A DNA stretch of 63,547 nt, filler included, from Choristocarpus tenellus KU-1152 (lineage: Eukaryota; Protista; Phaeophyceae): assembly GCA_964200185.2 (NCBI GenBank). It is 16 parts of 16 records of this genome, joined end to end, with 100 filler letters (N's around TTAATTAATTAA, not from the genome) between each part and the next. Parts side by side here need not be neighbours in the genome. Positions count along the whole stretch, not along the records: positions 12,632 to 20,235 come from CAXNAD020005886.1; positions 20,336 to 23,281 come from CAXNAD020023461.1; positions 23,382 to 28,087 come from CAXNAD020013389.1; 13 more parts are not named here. The stretch is one strand, 5' to 3'. This document shows positions 12,806-26,204 of this stretch, piece after piece (within the stretch, counting starts at the first letter, position 1; every line of letters begins with the position of its first letter). The notes under the pieces were generated by a model. It searched no databases. It had not been told where the DNA came from and was given only the letters and a program-made list of their open reading frames with translations. A program made the translations under genes and the position numbers.

Positions 12806-14939
12806 CTTCACCACACCAAAAAAAAAAATGAATTTACAAAGAAGGGCAAGGAACAGAGATGGGGGGAGGCGTTTTGGGTGAGGCATGCGGATAGCTAAAA
12901 AAGAAATAATTACAGAGCTATATCGAGGCATATGGGGTGAGGGGGGGCAATGTTCCATCCAGCAAAATAAACAAAAAAAATACGCTAGAGCAACCGGAGT
13001 GATGCAATGTAGCTCTACTGCAGGGCGAGCTTAAATTGGATACCTACTGGGTGCTGGAAAACACATGGTGATTAGGCAAAGCTCTTGCCTGCCTGTTTCT
13101 CAAGGTCAGGGTTGTCAAATCTTTGGGAGGCCCTGTTCTCCGTGCATGGAGGATTTATGTGGTAGAATTATGCGGCTTCTATCCATGTGCTGAAAGTCAA
13201 CGCTGGTCTACCAAGCATCAAGGCTCAATGATACGAAGTATTCTCATTGTTTTGTCCACCTGTTAAGGTCACTGAAAAAAACACATCCATAATGTAAATC
13301 ACACGAAGCAATAAATGTTGAGGAAACAAAAACGTATATTGGAATACAAGTGAAAACACAGCATCCCTCCAACCTACAGCACTACAATGCCTCTCCCCAC
13401 AGCAGAACCCAGGTTTTTCATTCCTTGGACTATGCGATTCGAATTTTAACACCATCGGACTACGGCAAAGTTACAAACAATTTTCATTTTTCAGTGGTAT
13501 GAAAAGTCGCAACTGTACCGATAAAATTTCTTTACCGGTGGCCTCATTGAATTGGTTGTGAGGTAGGAGTCCTCCAACTGACAGACGGCGCTCCCCACCG
13601 AATTAAACTATTTATTTCAAAGAGCGTTACCCCGTAGGTCCTTCCACTGTCAGTTTTGGGGGGTGGAATGCTCCCATAGGTAGGTGGTAATGGCCTTTGC
13701 CTCATCATATCTCTTCGCCTGTGTCACCGTACATGTGGTGGGATCAATAAAGCGGTCATAGGAGCTCACTTCTTGCCCCCAGAAGGGAGGTACTCCGTGA
13801 TATGCCTCCTGGTTTCATGCCCGGCTCATCAGACAGGGCAGGGCCAATTTCCAATGGCCGGGAGATATCACCAGGAGGACGCTGTAGGAGATAAGATGGT
13901 TGACAGGAATCGGCAGGGTGTAGGTAATGTTTATTAACTTCTATAGTGGGAATACAGAGTCGTGGCCAGTCATGGACAGGGAGACTGATTGAACTGCCTT
14001 GCTGACAAGACAAGTCAGATTCTAATTGATGCAAGACAACGTCGAATCTAGCAATCAACACCACGACAAAAAAAGGTGCCGAACATCAAAACCACACCAT
14101 TTGAACTCGACCATTAGCCTTTCCTTCCGTCTTCTGAAAAGATCATGTTTGAGCCAGGAAAGTAAGGAAACCCCCCCCACCTCAAGCCGCCCTTTTTTTT
14201 GACGAAGGAGGGAGACGTCACCCTTGACCAAGTCGGCCTCAGGCATCGTCGAACCCACCCCAGTCGCCTTTCGCTTCCTACGCCTCGTCTTGACTTCTCG
14301 GTGCTCAACTCACGTTCGGGATTACCTTTGCAATACTGGTCAGGCACGGCAACCACTCACAAACACCTAGATTTGACCTCTATCTTGTTCTTTTGATGTG
14401 AACCTCTACAGTTCTTTGGATCTCAATTCCATATAATACTAAGATCATTCTTGTCTTAAACTATCAAAAAACTTGTCCAAAGTATATTGAACTGGCTTTA
14501 AATGTATTGGTGGAGACGAATGTTTTTCTTTCACCTTTTCTCCATTAGAACTGAAACGATATAATCATATTAAGATAGATAATGTGGTTCTTATGATATT
14601 GAAACGGCTTTTCTCCAACATATGAATATGAGAGGGGAAAATAACATATGAAAAAATATCTATGTATTTTATATATGAACACTTGAATTTCTTCCCCTTT
14701 CATCAAATTGTATTTTAATGCCATCCAAACAGATACGGAATATTGGTATACAATACAACTCCACCATAATCCATCAAATCAATCATTCCTGTACATATTT
14801 TTTGTAGTCTAAGAAATAGGTGTTCCAACATTTGTTATTAGAACAGGTCCTTACGATAATTGGTTTTTTCATTGGTTTTTCCCTCACACATCAGGAAAAT
14901 GTCCCTCCGCAAAGAAGTGGAACGTTTCCTGGATGACCT

Positions 14940-15222
14940 GGCTCCATACACGGTGGGGGGGAGAGGAACTGAAGGCTATGGAAGGAAAGGAGGGTTTTGT
15001 TGGATTCTTGGGATGCTTCCCTAGTTCCTCACTCACCATAGGATTCAGGAATAGGTATATTGGAGGCACAGGACTGCAGTGGCACAAAATAGATGGTAGT
15101 GAAATAACAAATACATAAGTGTTTTTCACATTTGTGACTTATTTAGGGTTTTTCAGACATGTGAATAGTTTTTCCTTGGTTTTTCCCCTGGCACATCTCC
15201 AAAATGTCAGAGGGGATAATAA
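14940..15222 (+). mobile_element. 5'-truncated 3' end of the CRE-like non-LTR element
   Basis: GGATTCTTGGGATGCTTCCCTAG...CACATCTCCAAAATGTCAGAGGGGATAATAAT aligns with the reverse complement of 44895-45130. Confidence 0.8.
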
Positions 15223-15887
15223 TATATAGCATAGTTGCTGTGATAATGGTTTTGGCTCTCTTGCCATAATGGTTTGTCTTTTTTCAAAACATCTCCAAAA
15301 TGTGAAAGGGCATAGCAATATAATAATATACTATGTGGGAATGGTATTATGGATGGGAAGTCGGAGTTAACTAAAATGTCAAGATATAGAGGTGCATTGA
15401 CTTATGGTTTTTGGAATCCACAGGATTATTGTTCTTCTGTTTCACTCGACATGTACCACACAAACCCACAAAAGTCCACACTCTTTGGATTTCAAGACTT
15501 TTTTCTTTTCCCCAATCAACGACTTTTTTTTTCCCCAATAACTTAGTTCCAATAACTTGTGTTGATACAAACATCGATTCGATCATCCAAAAAAGTCTAC
15601 CACCTACCTACCACTTACTTTCCAGTACTATGTATAAGTCAAAGATATATTTACATATTATTTTCCCTCTGACATTTTTTAGATGTGTTGAAGATATGGT
15701 GGTTGAAAGGAAGGTTCAAGGATAAATTTTTAAAGGTATGCAAGATTCGAATGCACAGTATTTTTCACACTACAAATAATGTTTATAGGAATGGTTCCAT
15801 TGTTCGATTGATTTTATATCAAAGAACCCCCAAAAAAGTAATAGTTGTTGTGAATATAAAAGGTGTCCCTATGAATGGTGTGATTCT

Positions 15888-16440
15888 GTGACGGCTTGGT
15901 TCCCTCAGGGAAGTGTGGCGAAGAGAATCACCAGGCAAGACGGACCAGACGAACGAAGACGAACCGTAACCGAGAGGACGAGGTTATGATTACACAAGTC
16001 CAAGACTGAAAAGGACTTGTAGGAAAAAGTGGGGAACTGAGGAAGTGGGGAGGATCAATATCTTAGATGTCAAAGGTACAGAGAGTTGTAGATCTGTCTT
16101 CCACGGAGTGGAGAGTGAGTATATAGCTCTTAGCAGTGTGGCACAGAAGTTACTTTTCTTGAGAAGCGTTTTTGAGTTTATTCAGTCACAATTTTCTAGG
16201 CGATGCATTGATATGAGGATAACGATGGTGCATGCAAACTAGTACGAAATGCCGCAAGCTATATATAATACTAGAACAAAGCACATTGATGTCCGACACC
16301 ATTTTCTGAGGGACTTAGCTAGAAAAGGAGAGATCCGTGATGTTTTTGTTGGGTCTGCAAATCAGAGGACAGATGTATTGACCAAGAATTTGCCAGTTCG
16401 AGTTTTTAGACAGCATGTGAGTTTTTGATGAACATGTAAG
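15888..16440 (+). mobile_element. Ty1/Copia relic (RNase H end of pol)
   Basis: ESEYIALSSVAQKLLFLR, YEDNDGA, RTKHIDVRHHFLRDL, NQRTDVLTKNL. Confidence 0.9.
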
Positions 16441-16599
16441 ATAACAAGTGTGTTGTAGATTTTTTTAGCGTGTTAAGAACTTGGCGCATGTAAGGCTCGT
16501 CGCCGAAAGCTAGAAGTTGAGTCACATGGTAGAATATACACTTAATTATTTATTGTCCGCTGGGTATTGTCGCTGGGTGCCCAATATCACTATATCACT

Positions 16600-16660
16600 A
16601 TTTTATTATTATGCCCTCTGACATTTTAAAGATGTGTCAGGGGTAAACAAATGAAAACTA
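16600..16660 (-). mobile_element. Short 3'-terminal fragment of the CRE-like element
   Basis: ATTATTATGCCCTCTGACATTTTAAAGATGTGTCAGGGGTAAACAAATGAAAACTA nearly identical to 44895-44951. Confidence 0.75.
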
Positions 16661-18299
16661 TACATATTGTACCGAACTAAAGATAAACGTACATGAAACG
16701 TATGTTATATACTTGTATCGGCACAGACAACGTAAGGATAACGCTAGGTTATTCGACAATCTGATCCACCGTGACCCTTGTGGTTGTTGGACATCAGCGA
16801 CCCGTGACGGGTAGGTGGACGCCCTCCTGCACTTCGTCCACAAGTCTGTGTATATCTTGGGGGTGTTTGTCGTCAAGGTCTTCTTGTGAAGCTGCTGATT
16901 CGCTAGAAGTTCGAAAGACTGTTCCGAGAAGGGTATGGCCAACAGCCAAGCGGCATTGCAGGGGACTCGCCTAAAACTAGTCTTCCCGTCATCATGTTCT
17001 CCCTCGCACAGAACTCATTACTTTCTTTGAGACAGTCTTCGGGAAGGGACATACAATCAGTCTGAATCGTTCTCACCTTTGAGGGATGCAGCATCCCTCT
17101 TCATCAAGATATCACTAACCAAATCTCCGATCATTTGAGACACATTGCTTATTTCATCCTCCCTTCCGCTTCTAAAAATGAGGTGCCTTCATTTGCTGCA
17201 CCTCCTGATAACCTCATCCCTTAGGTCCCAAACCCACCACAATTTGCATCGAGGCGACTGTGTCATTGAAGGTGCGCTGTCATTCAAATAAACCAACCTA
17301 GTCACAAACATCTCACATAACCGCATGACAAACTCAGTTGAGGTTGCATCTCCAGAACCAGAAGGTGTTTTTCAAAGGTGTCACCTCCGTAGATGGCCGA
17401 GTGTGTGATCACGGGGTAGTTGTAATTGGGTCGTCTATGAGAGACCCTGAGGACGATGCAGGTGACCCATCCAGTGATCCAGGAGACACTGCACAGTTGG
17501 GTTTACCATTGAACTTGGATCCGATGAACACATCTGAGAACCAGTTGTGAAACGCTACTGCTACTGGAGGAGGAGGACTGATAATCCTCACACCTACAAC
17601 AGAAAAACGTTGGCCCCAGTAAACAAGAGTGCCCCAGGCACTTCTGTTGACTACCTGTTAACAAATAGTTCCTTTCATGTAAGAAGTTGTATGATCCAAT
17701 CTGAAGCCATCTCTATTTCGACCCTTTCGATTTCGTAGACTAAACAATGTATAAAATATTATAAAAAATTGATGTTCTAATATTTTCTCTGTTAGTTAGC
17801 GGCCTACTAGAAGTTGAATGTTATAAGTCTGTGCTTATAGTGTTCACATTCACTTCTCTTTGAAAAACGTCCATCTCCACATTAACTCACCGAAGTCATT
17901 CGAGGAGGGACCTCTTGTCCATTAGAGATCATGTTGTAGCATCTTCCATTGTTAACAAGCAACGCCTTCACACTCATCTGGAACTTGTGAAACAACATCA
18001 CCAAATATGTCGCTACCACTGCTCCAAAGGACTTGAATCTTCAATAAGGGGTAATGCTTTATTTCGGAGAACTTCGATGGTTCAATCATGTTGCTGAGGT
18101 CATCAGGTCTCATATGCAACCACTGTTGATGTCCTTATCTGTGGATTTTTAAACCAGAACCTCAAGACCTACCTACCTAACTCGGACTACCAGCAAATTT
18201 CAAGACCACATTCACTACACACCACACTCAGATATCTACCCACACGTGCTGTACTGGCAGAATATAAGGAGATGTTGTGTAACGCCCCCAATGGCTAGT

Positions 18300-19450
18300 G
18301 TTCAAAGTGGGGAATTGGAGCAAAGGTGGCTGTTATCCTTTGTTTTCGTCAAGCAACTTTTATTCCTGTTCCTCGTGATAATTGCGGGCATCAGGGACCA
18401 AGAGGGTCGAAGAATGCACATTCATCGTCGGTGAGAAGTTTGAGACGGCCATGGGGTGTTCACGTCGGGCTTGTGTATAAGGACGACACGTTCCGTGTAC
18501 GATTCAGCATTGACTTTCCGTACATTTCTGTATCGTCTGCTACACCCTTCGTTAAAAAGAAGAAGGGGATGGGCTGCCTCCAGAACAGGAGTGTTCCAGG
18601 GGAGTAAGCTCTTGCCTGCAGTCTCTGCGTTCTGGCTAGTGGTAGCATCTACGACCTCATGGATACCAGCGTTATCGCCAGAGAGTAAGGTAACAAGAGG
18701 GTGGAGAGCGAGTGAAATATGTTGACAAGAAACAGGATAAACAAGGACGTAAGTAAATGATATCGGTGGGGAAGGTGTGAATAAAATGCACACACAAGTG
18801 TCCAATAATTGTCAGGAGAAAAATGATCCTGGGGGTATGCTGCAAAGATCACTCAGCGCACACAACGGCATCTATATATCCACCGAAAGCAAAAGGAAGG
18901 CGTCCTGTTTCACCACAGGAGACTAATACTAAGTTACGGATGTTTTTCCAGTCAACCCTAGCCTCACTCTGCACAGAAACTCCAAGGCATGGCCCAAAAC
19001 TTCCTCCACCTCCACCTCCAGATCCTATTTTTTTTTCCTTTGCAGTCATATAGTGTTTGATAAGGCACCCTCGTATACGTTCATATGTGGTTTCACAGGG
19101 TAGATCCACCCTTCCACAAGCACTCTCCATCTAAAATATTTTATAGCTCAATCTTTCAACCTGCTCGCACGGTGAACATTGTGCTGGGATCTGTATCGGT
19201 GTTTACAGCCAAAGATCTGGGCCATCGACATTGCCAGATAAGTCGTTTGTGATGCTGATTCCAACCTCGAGTGCAGCAAAGGCATCCCGGAACCCATTGT
19301 CGCCCCCCCTGAACTCAAACCATCATACAATAGCTGCGATGGGAGCTTGCCTTGGCAGAACTCGAAAAAGTGTTTGGCATAGTCACTCTCTATGACGATT
19401 TGACTTATATCCCGCCTGCCATCATAGGGGGGGTATGGTGGGATAGTCGG
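18300..19450 (-). pseudogene. Unidentified decayed coding sequence
   Basis: Consecutive protein-like frames (SQIVIESDYAKHFFEFCQGKLP, RVDLPCETTYERIRGCLIKHY, SLLPWNTPVLEAAHPLLLFNEG) broken by stops and frameshifts; family not recognised. Confidence 0.3.
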
Positions 19451-20609
19451 TGCTGGGAAGGGCTATGTTGTTATCTCCAGTTGGCACAACAAAACCACAT
19501 GGCAACACACCACTCATCGTAAATATAGGAAAATGCTAGGGCATGCACAAATCACGAGGCACTGAGAGAATGGCATGTTTGATTTTTCCCGAAAGAGGCC
19601 TTCACAGTTTTTTGTACCCCTCTCACATACGCACCCTGTTAAAACAAATAATTTCTTCCGATTATTGATCTATTTGTCTACATGTGTCTGTCTGTACATT
19701 ACCAGTGCTCTCTAACGTACACGCTGCATAAAACCAAGTAACTTCTATGCGTCCATCCATCTTTGCTGTACGTTACCAGTACTGACTCTAATAATAGCTC
19801 TCGTCCTTACATGTAGAATCACCCACATACCACATAGGCACCGTTTAAGTGTTATGCCACTCCCTTTTGCTCCTCACCCTCTAAACTGACTGTTTTTCGC
19901 AGCTCCATTGATGAGAACAAGTTCCGTGGAGATTGACAGGGTAAGTGTTGAGCTTCTTAACCAATATGTGTAGCACTGTAGTAGTGAAAAACCTGTTAAA
20001 GAGGAAATTGGGGTAAAAACATACTCTTACTGAATTCCTTGACTGATTTCAAACCAATCAGTACACTCTCCATCATCCATGCATATGCATGCCTGCATTC
20101 CAACAATGGACTGGGTGGATGACTGAGAATTGTTATAGGCGCCCCTCAGAACTCATCTCCACAGGGTATGCAACTCAAATCCAACGACCTTAAAACGACG
20201 CTACGAGGGGGGTCCACAGATGATAACCACGTACGNNNNNNNNNNNNNNNNNNNNNNNNNNNNNNNNNNNNNNNNNNNNTTAATTAATTAANNNNNNNNN
20301 NNNNNNNNNNNNNNNNNNNNNNNNNNNNNNNNNNNCCAATATAAAAAAAAAAAACAAAAAAACCAAAAAACACGCAAAAATAAGCAAACGCCAAATCAAA
20401 CCCCCCCCCCCCCCCCCCCCCCCCCCCAGATATTTTGAGCGCTGGAACTATCAGTAGAGATCCACTATTGTTGTTGTGGGAAACAGTGCTTGGTTGGAAA
20501 TAGAGTTTCTTTGACATAGACTTGTTCAAAGAAATACCTCTTATAACTGTGCCATTCCTTGTCCACTTCCATCCTTCCGTGTCTTGTGCTCCTCCATCTG
20601 AGCGAATAG

Positions 20610-23127
20610 ACACTGACATGTGCCTGGACCCTGAAACCATCAGAATGGACAACCTCCAAGCATTGTATGTGTCCCTACCTGCACGTCTCATGACCGAAGT
20701 TGTGGAGGAGGTAGTTCGCAGGGTGATTGCACACAGAAGGCATGAGGCATTGATCAGGGCTGAAGATGAACGAAGGGCTCTGCACAGGTCAAGGGCAGAA
20801 TTTCATATCGTAAAGGTTAGGCAGTTGCCCTAATCTGGACTTTAGATTCTGCAGAATACATTCCTTAACCATAACCCTATCCTATGTTTCAGATGCATAG
20901 TATCTTAGAGGGGGGGGGGATTTAGGTCATGTTGTCCATTCGGGGCTATATGGGGTGTAGTAAGACACTCCAGTGTGATGCCCCTTTTGCAGGTGATTTT
21001 CTAACCCTAACCCTTTTGGATTAGGGTTAGGGTACGGGGATATGTGTTCACACAGGCCCCTAACGGACGCCTGACACCCCCTCTAGGATAATATGGATCT
21101 TCACTTTCTTTTTAAATTGACGTCGCTTACTGTAGGATTGTCTTACATCTATCAATGTTTGTTGGATAAACGGTGCATTTGAGCATCGACACTGTGGCTC
21201 TCTAGGTTTGACACAGCCTTCTGTCCTTTGTAGTACCAACGCGTACCTGATTCTTTGACTGGCATATGTTCCGCCAGGGCAATGATTCTAAGAAGCACAG
21301 GGCCGAGGTGCTTGGTATGGAATGCAATCGGAAGGAGGAGGAGAGTAAGATGACTGAGGAGAGGGGCATGAAGGGCGAGGAAGATGCAAAAGGACCAGCA
21401 CTCAACGGGGTTGTTCGCAGCAGTGTGGACCGGGAGCAAGACCTTGCTGTGGGTAATAACCTGACAGAGGGAGTTGATGGTGACAAAGAAACACAAAATA
21501 GGATATTAAGCCTGGCTAGTCCTGGCACTCTGAGCCAGGAGCAGGGATGTCCTGTGGGGGAGAAACTGACAAAGGTTAGAGATTTCCATGTACACCAATA
21601 GCAAGCCTTTCTGTTTTCGCCTTCCGATTTTGTTGGTTCAAAGTACAGGCCCAAAGTATCCTTGAGGGGGGTGGATTTGCAAATTTGTTGTTGAGAGACT
21701 CACAGATGTGACTCCTGACACCCCATTCCCATGGATCAAATTTTGGTACCCCCCATTTAGGTTTCTATGGATGTAGAAGAAGAGACCCTGTGGATAGGTG
21801 TTTTCTCATCCGATTGTTGGGTGTAGGGACTAAAAGGATGTAAATCAGGAAGCATTGACAGAGATCGATTATCAACAATGGCACCCTCTTCTAGGATAAT
21901 TTGGCTCTACGATAAGAGGACTTCAGGAAACGATATTGCCACTGGGGTTGGTGGCAATGCTTCATGAAATAGGAAAGCAACCAGTCATCACGTGCCCCCT
22001 CTAAGCATCTACTTCAAAGTGCTGAGTATCCAATTTGCTGTTTTTACAACTTTTGGTGGCCCTTACTTCTCGAGGTGGCTGTGTACACGGGGTGTTGTGT
22101 ATGGGGGAATAATGTTAAAAAGGTAGTTGCTTCTCTAGTTGGAAGATGAGCACTCGCTAGTGCACTTCAGGGAAAGGCATGCTTTGACCGTGTCCTGAAA
22201 GTTCCGGGATGATACGGCAATTCCAAATCTAAACCCCACTGAAGTCCTTCATCAATTTAACCATACAACTGTTCTACCTGTAAAACCCTCTGACCCCCCA
22301 ACCTTGTGAGGTTACACACAAACAAAGATGTGCACAGGTACGCACACGCATACACACACACACACACAGACAGACAATGATCTGCCACACACAGGTGCTA
22401 CAAGTTTTGCTGTACTCTACAAGGGAGGAGGCACGTCTGACAATGCGCTCGGTAGACCTTTCTTCACAGTCCATTGGAACCCCTGGGGCAAGGGCACTGG
22501 TGAGACCGTGTGGATGACCTGTGTGCTGGCCTTCTCTCTCTTGGTGTCCGCCCCGTGCATGAAGATCTTGACAGTTTGGCGCTGTGATGCAAACAGATGG
22601 GTAGAGATCTACATAGATACAAGGGTGCAGTACAAGTCAGGGATGCCACACACCATGATCCCTCTCTGATTGGATACATGTAGTGCACCTCTCACTGCAC
22701 CTTCAGAATGGTCAAATGGTATTATGAGCACAGTACTGCAGTCCTTCCCAGTATCCCCTTTTATTCTCCAATGTGACCCATCTTTATCCCCTGCAGGTCA
22801 ATAGCAGGCAGAAGGGCTACGGCCCCCAGCACTTCAGACCGGTATTGCCAGCAACCCCCACACTGCAACACACTATTGATGGTGTATAGGCCTAATATCC
22901 TTGTCAGCGACATATCCCCTCCCAATTGACATTGTTGAGGCACACTGTGTAGTGTATTGACCAGAAAAAGTGACTTCAACTGCTACCAGGTACCTGCATT
23001 GAGGTGTGCATTGATCAATCGGTTATTCTTGGGAAACAATTCCATTGGGGATGAGGGAGCGCTCCTTCTAGCGGAGGGACTGCAAAATGTGAAGGGGCTT
23101 CAGGAAATTCATCTCAACGACAACGAG
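20610..23127 (+). CDS. Partial multi-exon gene with RI-like leucine-rich repeats; exons 20610-20815, 21278-21574, 22395-22499, 22990-23127
   Basis: GT-AG, phase-0 joins; spliced LRRs MRSVDLSSQSIGTPGARAL|VPALRCALINRLFLGNNSIGDEGALLLAEGLQNVKGLQEIHLNDNE. Confidence 0.8.
20892..21099. mobile_element. MITE family F (related TIR), intronic
   Basis: GATGCATAGTATCTTAGAGGGG / CCCCTCTAGGATAATATGGATC imperfect TIRs; internal inverted CCCTAA/TTAGGG tract. Confidence 0.6.
21648..21907. mobile_element. MITE family E (related TIR), intronic
   Basis: GGCCCAAAGTATCCTTGAGGGG / CCCTCTTCTAGGATAATTTGGCTC. Confidence 0.6.
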
Positions 23128-23381
23128 GTTGGACTGTTCCTCTTCACGCTCTCTTGTTAATGCACTTGGGTGTGAGTTTGATTGGACAGAATCGTATCAT
23201 CCCAGAAGGGGGGGGGGGGGGCCATTGGAGGCCTGTGTGACCCGGTAGTAATCTCCAGGTCGTTTGAGTAAAAGTGTCAGANNNNNNNNNNNNNNNNNNN
23301 NNNNNNNNNNNNNNNNNNNNNNNNNTTAATTAATTAANNNNNNNNNNNNNNNNNNNNNNNNNNNNNNNNNNNNNNNNNNNN

Positions 23382-23775
23382 GCGCCCAAAACTTTCCACC
23401 GCAAAGGTGTTGAGGTTATAACTACGAGGATCAAAGGAGCCTTCGTAGTGGGTGCGCTTTCGCGCCTCGGCTGCAGCAGCAGCAGCTACACCATTGCTGG
23501 CGGGTGAATGGGTGAGGTGGGAGGTGGCCTGTACCTCTGCGAAGGTGATGTCCAGGAGGAGACCTCTGTCCCTGTAGGGAGCAGTTCCAGCATGTGCTAG
23601 TGCCCCTGCGTGAAACACCAGATCCATGCGAAGATTACGGTCCACAGTGAAAGGGCTACCGTCCTCCGTAGTGCAAGGGATACCCATCCCCTAGTTGGTG
23701 CAGGCGTTTCACCATTATTGGCGTGTGCTGCCGTACCTGTCCCCCTGCCCTGGGGCAGGTACGGGCATGTCAGGT
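23382..23775 (-). mobile_element. CRE-like non-LTR fragment: Zn knuckle end plus restriction-like endonuclease
   Basis: HARTCPRAGGQVRQH; RMDLVF..LLLDITF..AAAAAEARKRTHY..FAVESFGR. Confidence 0.85.
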
Positions 23776-24771
23776 ACTTATATTATCTTTGCAATGAAGG
23801 AGAGGGGAGCTTCTTCTGATTCACGTAACCCAGTAAATATTCATGTGTCTCATGCCAGCCTTCTTTTGGAGGGTTATAATAATAACTTGCCGTTACAATC
23901 GACCTCTTGCACATTTTATAACAAACGAGGTACGTTCACTACAAGTCCCTCTTCTTGGAGTAGAACTTACCTCCATTCGTGGTATCCGATTCAAAACACA
24001 AACAACACTGATTATCCAACTCCATTCAATCTCTTTTTTTCCTTATTCCACCTCTATCTCTACCCTAACACCTATTATTGATTCCATAACAGAGGGCTAA
24101 TCATCCATTTTCAACATTTTATAAACTGACTCAATGATTTATTTAGAGTAAGGAATAATAACTCGTGGAATTGAAATAGGATAATAAGAACGTAGAAAAA
24201 ATCGGAATTTTGTCTTTTTAGTTTTTGAGTTTTTTTGTAATCGCATAGAAGAGATCAAAAAAATCTGTAAGTTAGGATGTTATTCTTGGTTCTATTCAAT
24301 AGTCGTTTTTGTTTTCTTTTATTGTTTTGATGAAGGATTCAAATAAATGATTGATATGAAAAAACAAAATTAGTATTATCATCAATCGTACTTATTAAGA
24401 TGCAAAATATACATATCTTTGGAATATCTGAGTTAGACAAACAAAATATGGTACGAGACATTAAGTAAACCTTGATCTAATCCACTTGGTTCGACGTCCT
24501 AAGTCCACATCTTATATCCCACGTTATTCCAAATTTGTAGGAAATACACGATGATGTAGACCGAGATATTAAAAAAACCGTTGTAAAATCTGTTAGAGGA
24601 CGATTCACCTCATAAAGTATGTATGAAATGAAAGCTGAAGTCCTAAGCACATCCATCAAGCTATAGTAGCACCTTCGATTCACAGCACAGCGTACAATAG
24701 GATGGATTGTCTGTACACGGGGAGTAGTTCGGTTTTGGGCGATATTTTTGTTTTCATATTTGACTGGTGGT

Positions 24772-25042
24772 GACCAAAAGTAAACGAGTGGTAGCCAGGT
24801 TTTGGCTGTTTTGCATTTTAAGTCATCATTTCAATCATTTCAATCATTTCTAATTCACCTATATTTCTATGGATGAAGCGGTTGGTTTGACTTCAAACCG
24901 TTGATTTCTCCATTGTTTGAGACCTTTGGATAGAATTAAGAAAATATAGTGTATCCATTATTTGTAAAAAAAGTCGAGTGTTCCACATCTTTGTCAACAT
25001 CCTTAAACTGCAACTCTGGGAACCTCTTGCTTACTTCGACTC
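24772..25042. mobile_element. MITE family C, diverged
   Basis: GACCAAAAGTAAACGAGTGGTAGCCAGG / CTGGGAACCTCTTGCTTACTTCGACTC; inverse match to 61045-61311. Confidence 0.7.
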
Positions 25043-26204
25043 AGTATCCTACAGGATGGAGGACCAGGTCATCCGTTGGGGACTTGAAGGGGTGTTTTGA
25101 AACACTCCAGTTTAATGCTCGTTTTCCGGATGATTTTCTTTCAGATTTGGTCCAGGCAGGGGGGTCGAAAAGGAAGGTGTATCCAGACGAAGGAAATTGC
25201 CCTTACATCTGACACGTTAACCCAAATGGCGTGAAAATCATTACACGGTCACAAAGAAAGGCTCCTAAGGGGCGCCTGACCATCCCACCCATATAGTATG
25301 GACCATATGCGTTGTTTTATCTGTTCATGATGTGAAACCTAGTTCATTGGAATGCTGATATACACGCGACTCATAGGGCATACAAAAGTGGCTCAAATCG
25401 TTTTGGTTGGCAGTGCAAAGAATTTTATTATTAGAATGCTTGGACTACTCTGAGTGTACTTTGAGTATTCAAGTGTTGCTGGGTCGCCTTTTGATGCTCA
25501 TTGTTAAATTACAGGCTTAGATTCGTTAGTTCGACGTTGTCAATTGTTGCCATCTTCCACCATGAGTTCCACCTCATATCCTCCTGCAAAATCTCATCTA
25601 TCCCCTCCCCTCCCAGCATAAGAGGTGCAATCATCCTTCCTTTCTCTTTCCCAAGTTTTCGTGATCCCGAAAGCCTTGTAGTATCCCACTCCCGCTGCTA
25701 GGCGGAGAGTCTCCACCGCCTCAGTTTGGTTCATATGACTAACAAACTGGTGGTACAGGATCAGCAGTACAAGTGGCTGCCCATTGGAAAGGATCTCTCC
25801 GTTGACCAGCTCGAGTTTCTCTATTTTCTCTTTTTCACCAGCCTTCCCAACCTCATAAGCATTATGCGTAGCGATGTTCTCCCCCCATTTCTTCCTTGTT
25901 GCAGCCGTGCTCCCCCCTCTTGCTTTGTAGCATCCCCACGTCTGTAGGTACCTCTGAGGCCGTCCCTCTCACCCTCTACTTTTGTTACTCGCAAACCAGG
26001 GACTTCTTGCTTGAGGCGCCAAGAACTTGAGGCTGGGTGGGAGTTGTTAAGAAAAATCACTCAAACTCGATCTTCTGTTGTGTCCTTCTGTGAGCTAGAA
26101 AAATCTGAGATCATCTCTCAGGACTTGCACATTGGCCCACCAAATTTTGAACGAACACTCAAGTTTGGATATTTAGAGATAGAGGTCAAGTGCTACACCA
26201 ACCT

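Noticed and set aside
13089-13147. Upstream exon (DNPDLEKQA, GC donor) for the MFS gene
   Set aside because: The available ATG is out of frame and there is no convincing acceptor.
13756-14356. GFDVRHLF as a DEDDh exonuclease motif
   Set aside because: Falls after a probable splice donor; other Exo motifs are absent.
23733-23763. Hairpin GTACCTGTCCCC..GGGGCAGGTAC (also at 44404) as a Helitron end or terminator
   Set aside because: It is coding sequence of the CRE Zn knuckle (RTCPRAGGQV); no CTRR terminus follows.
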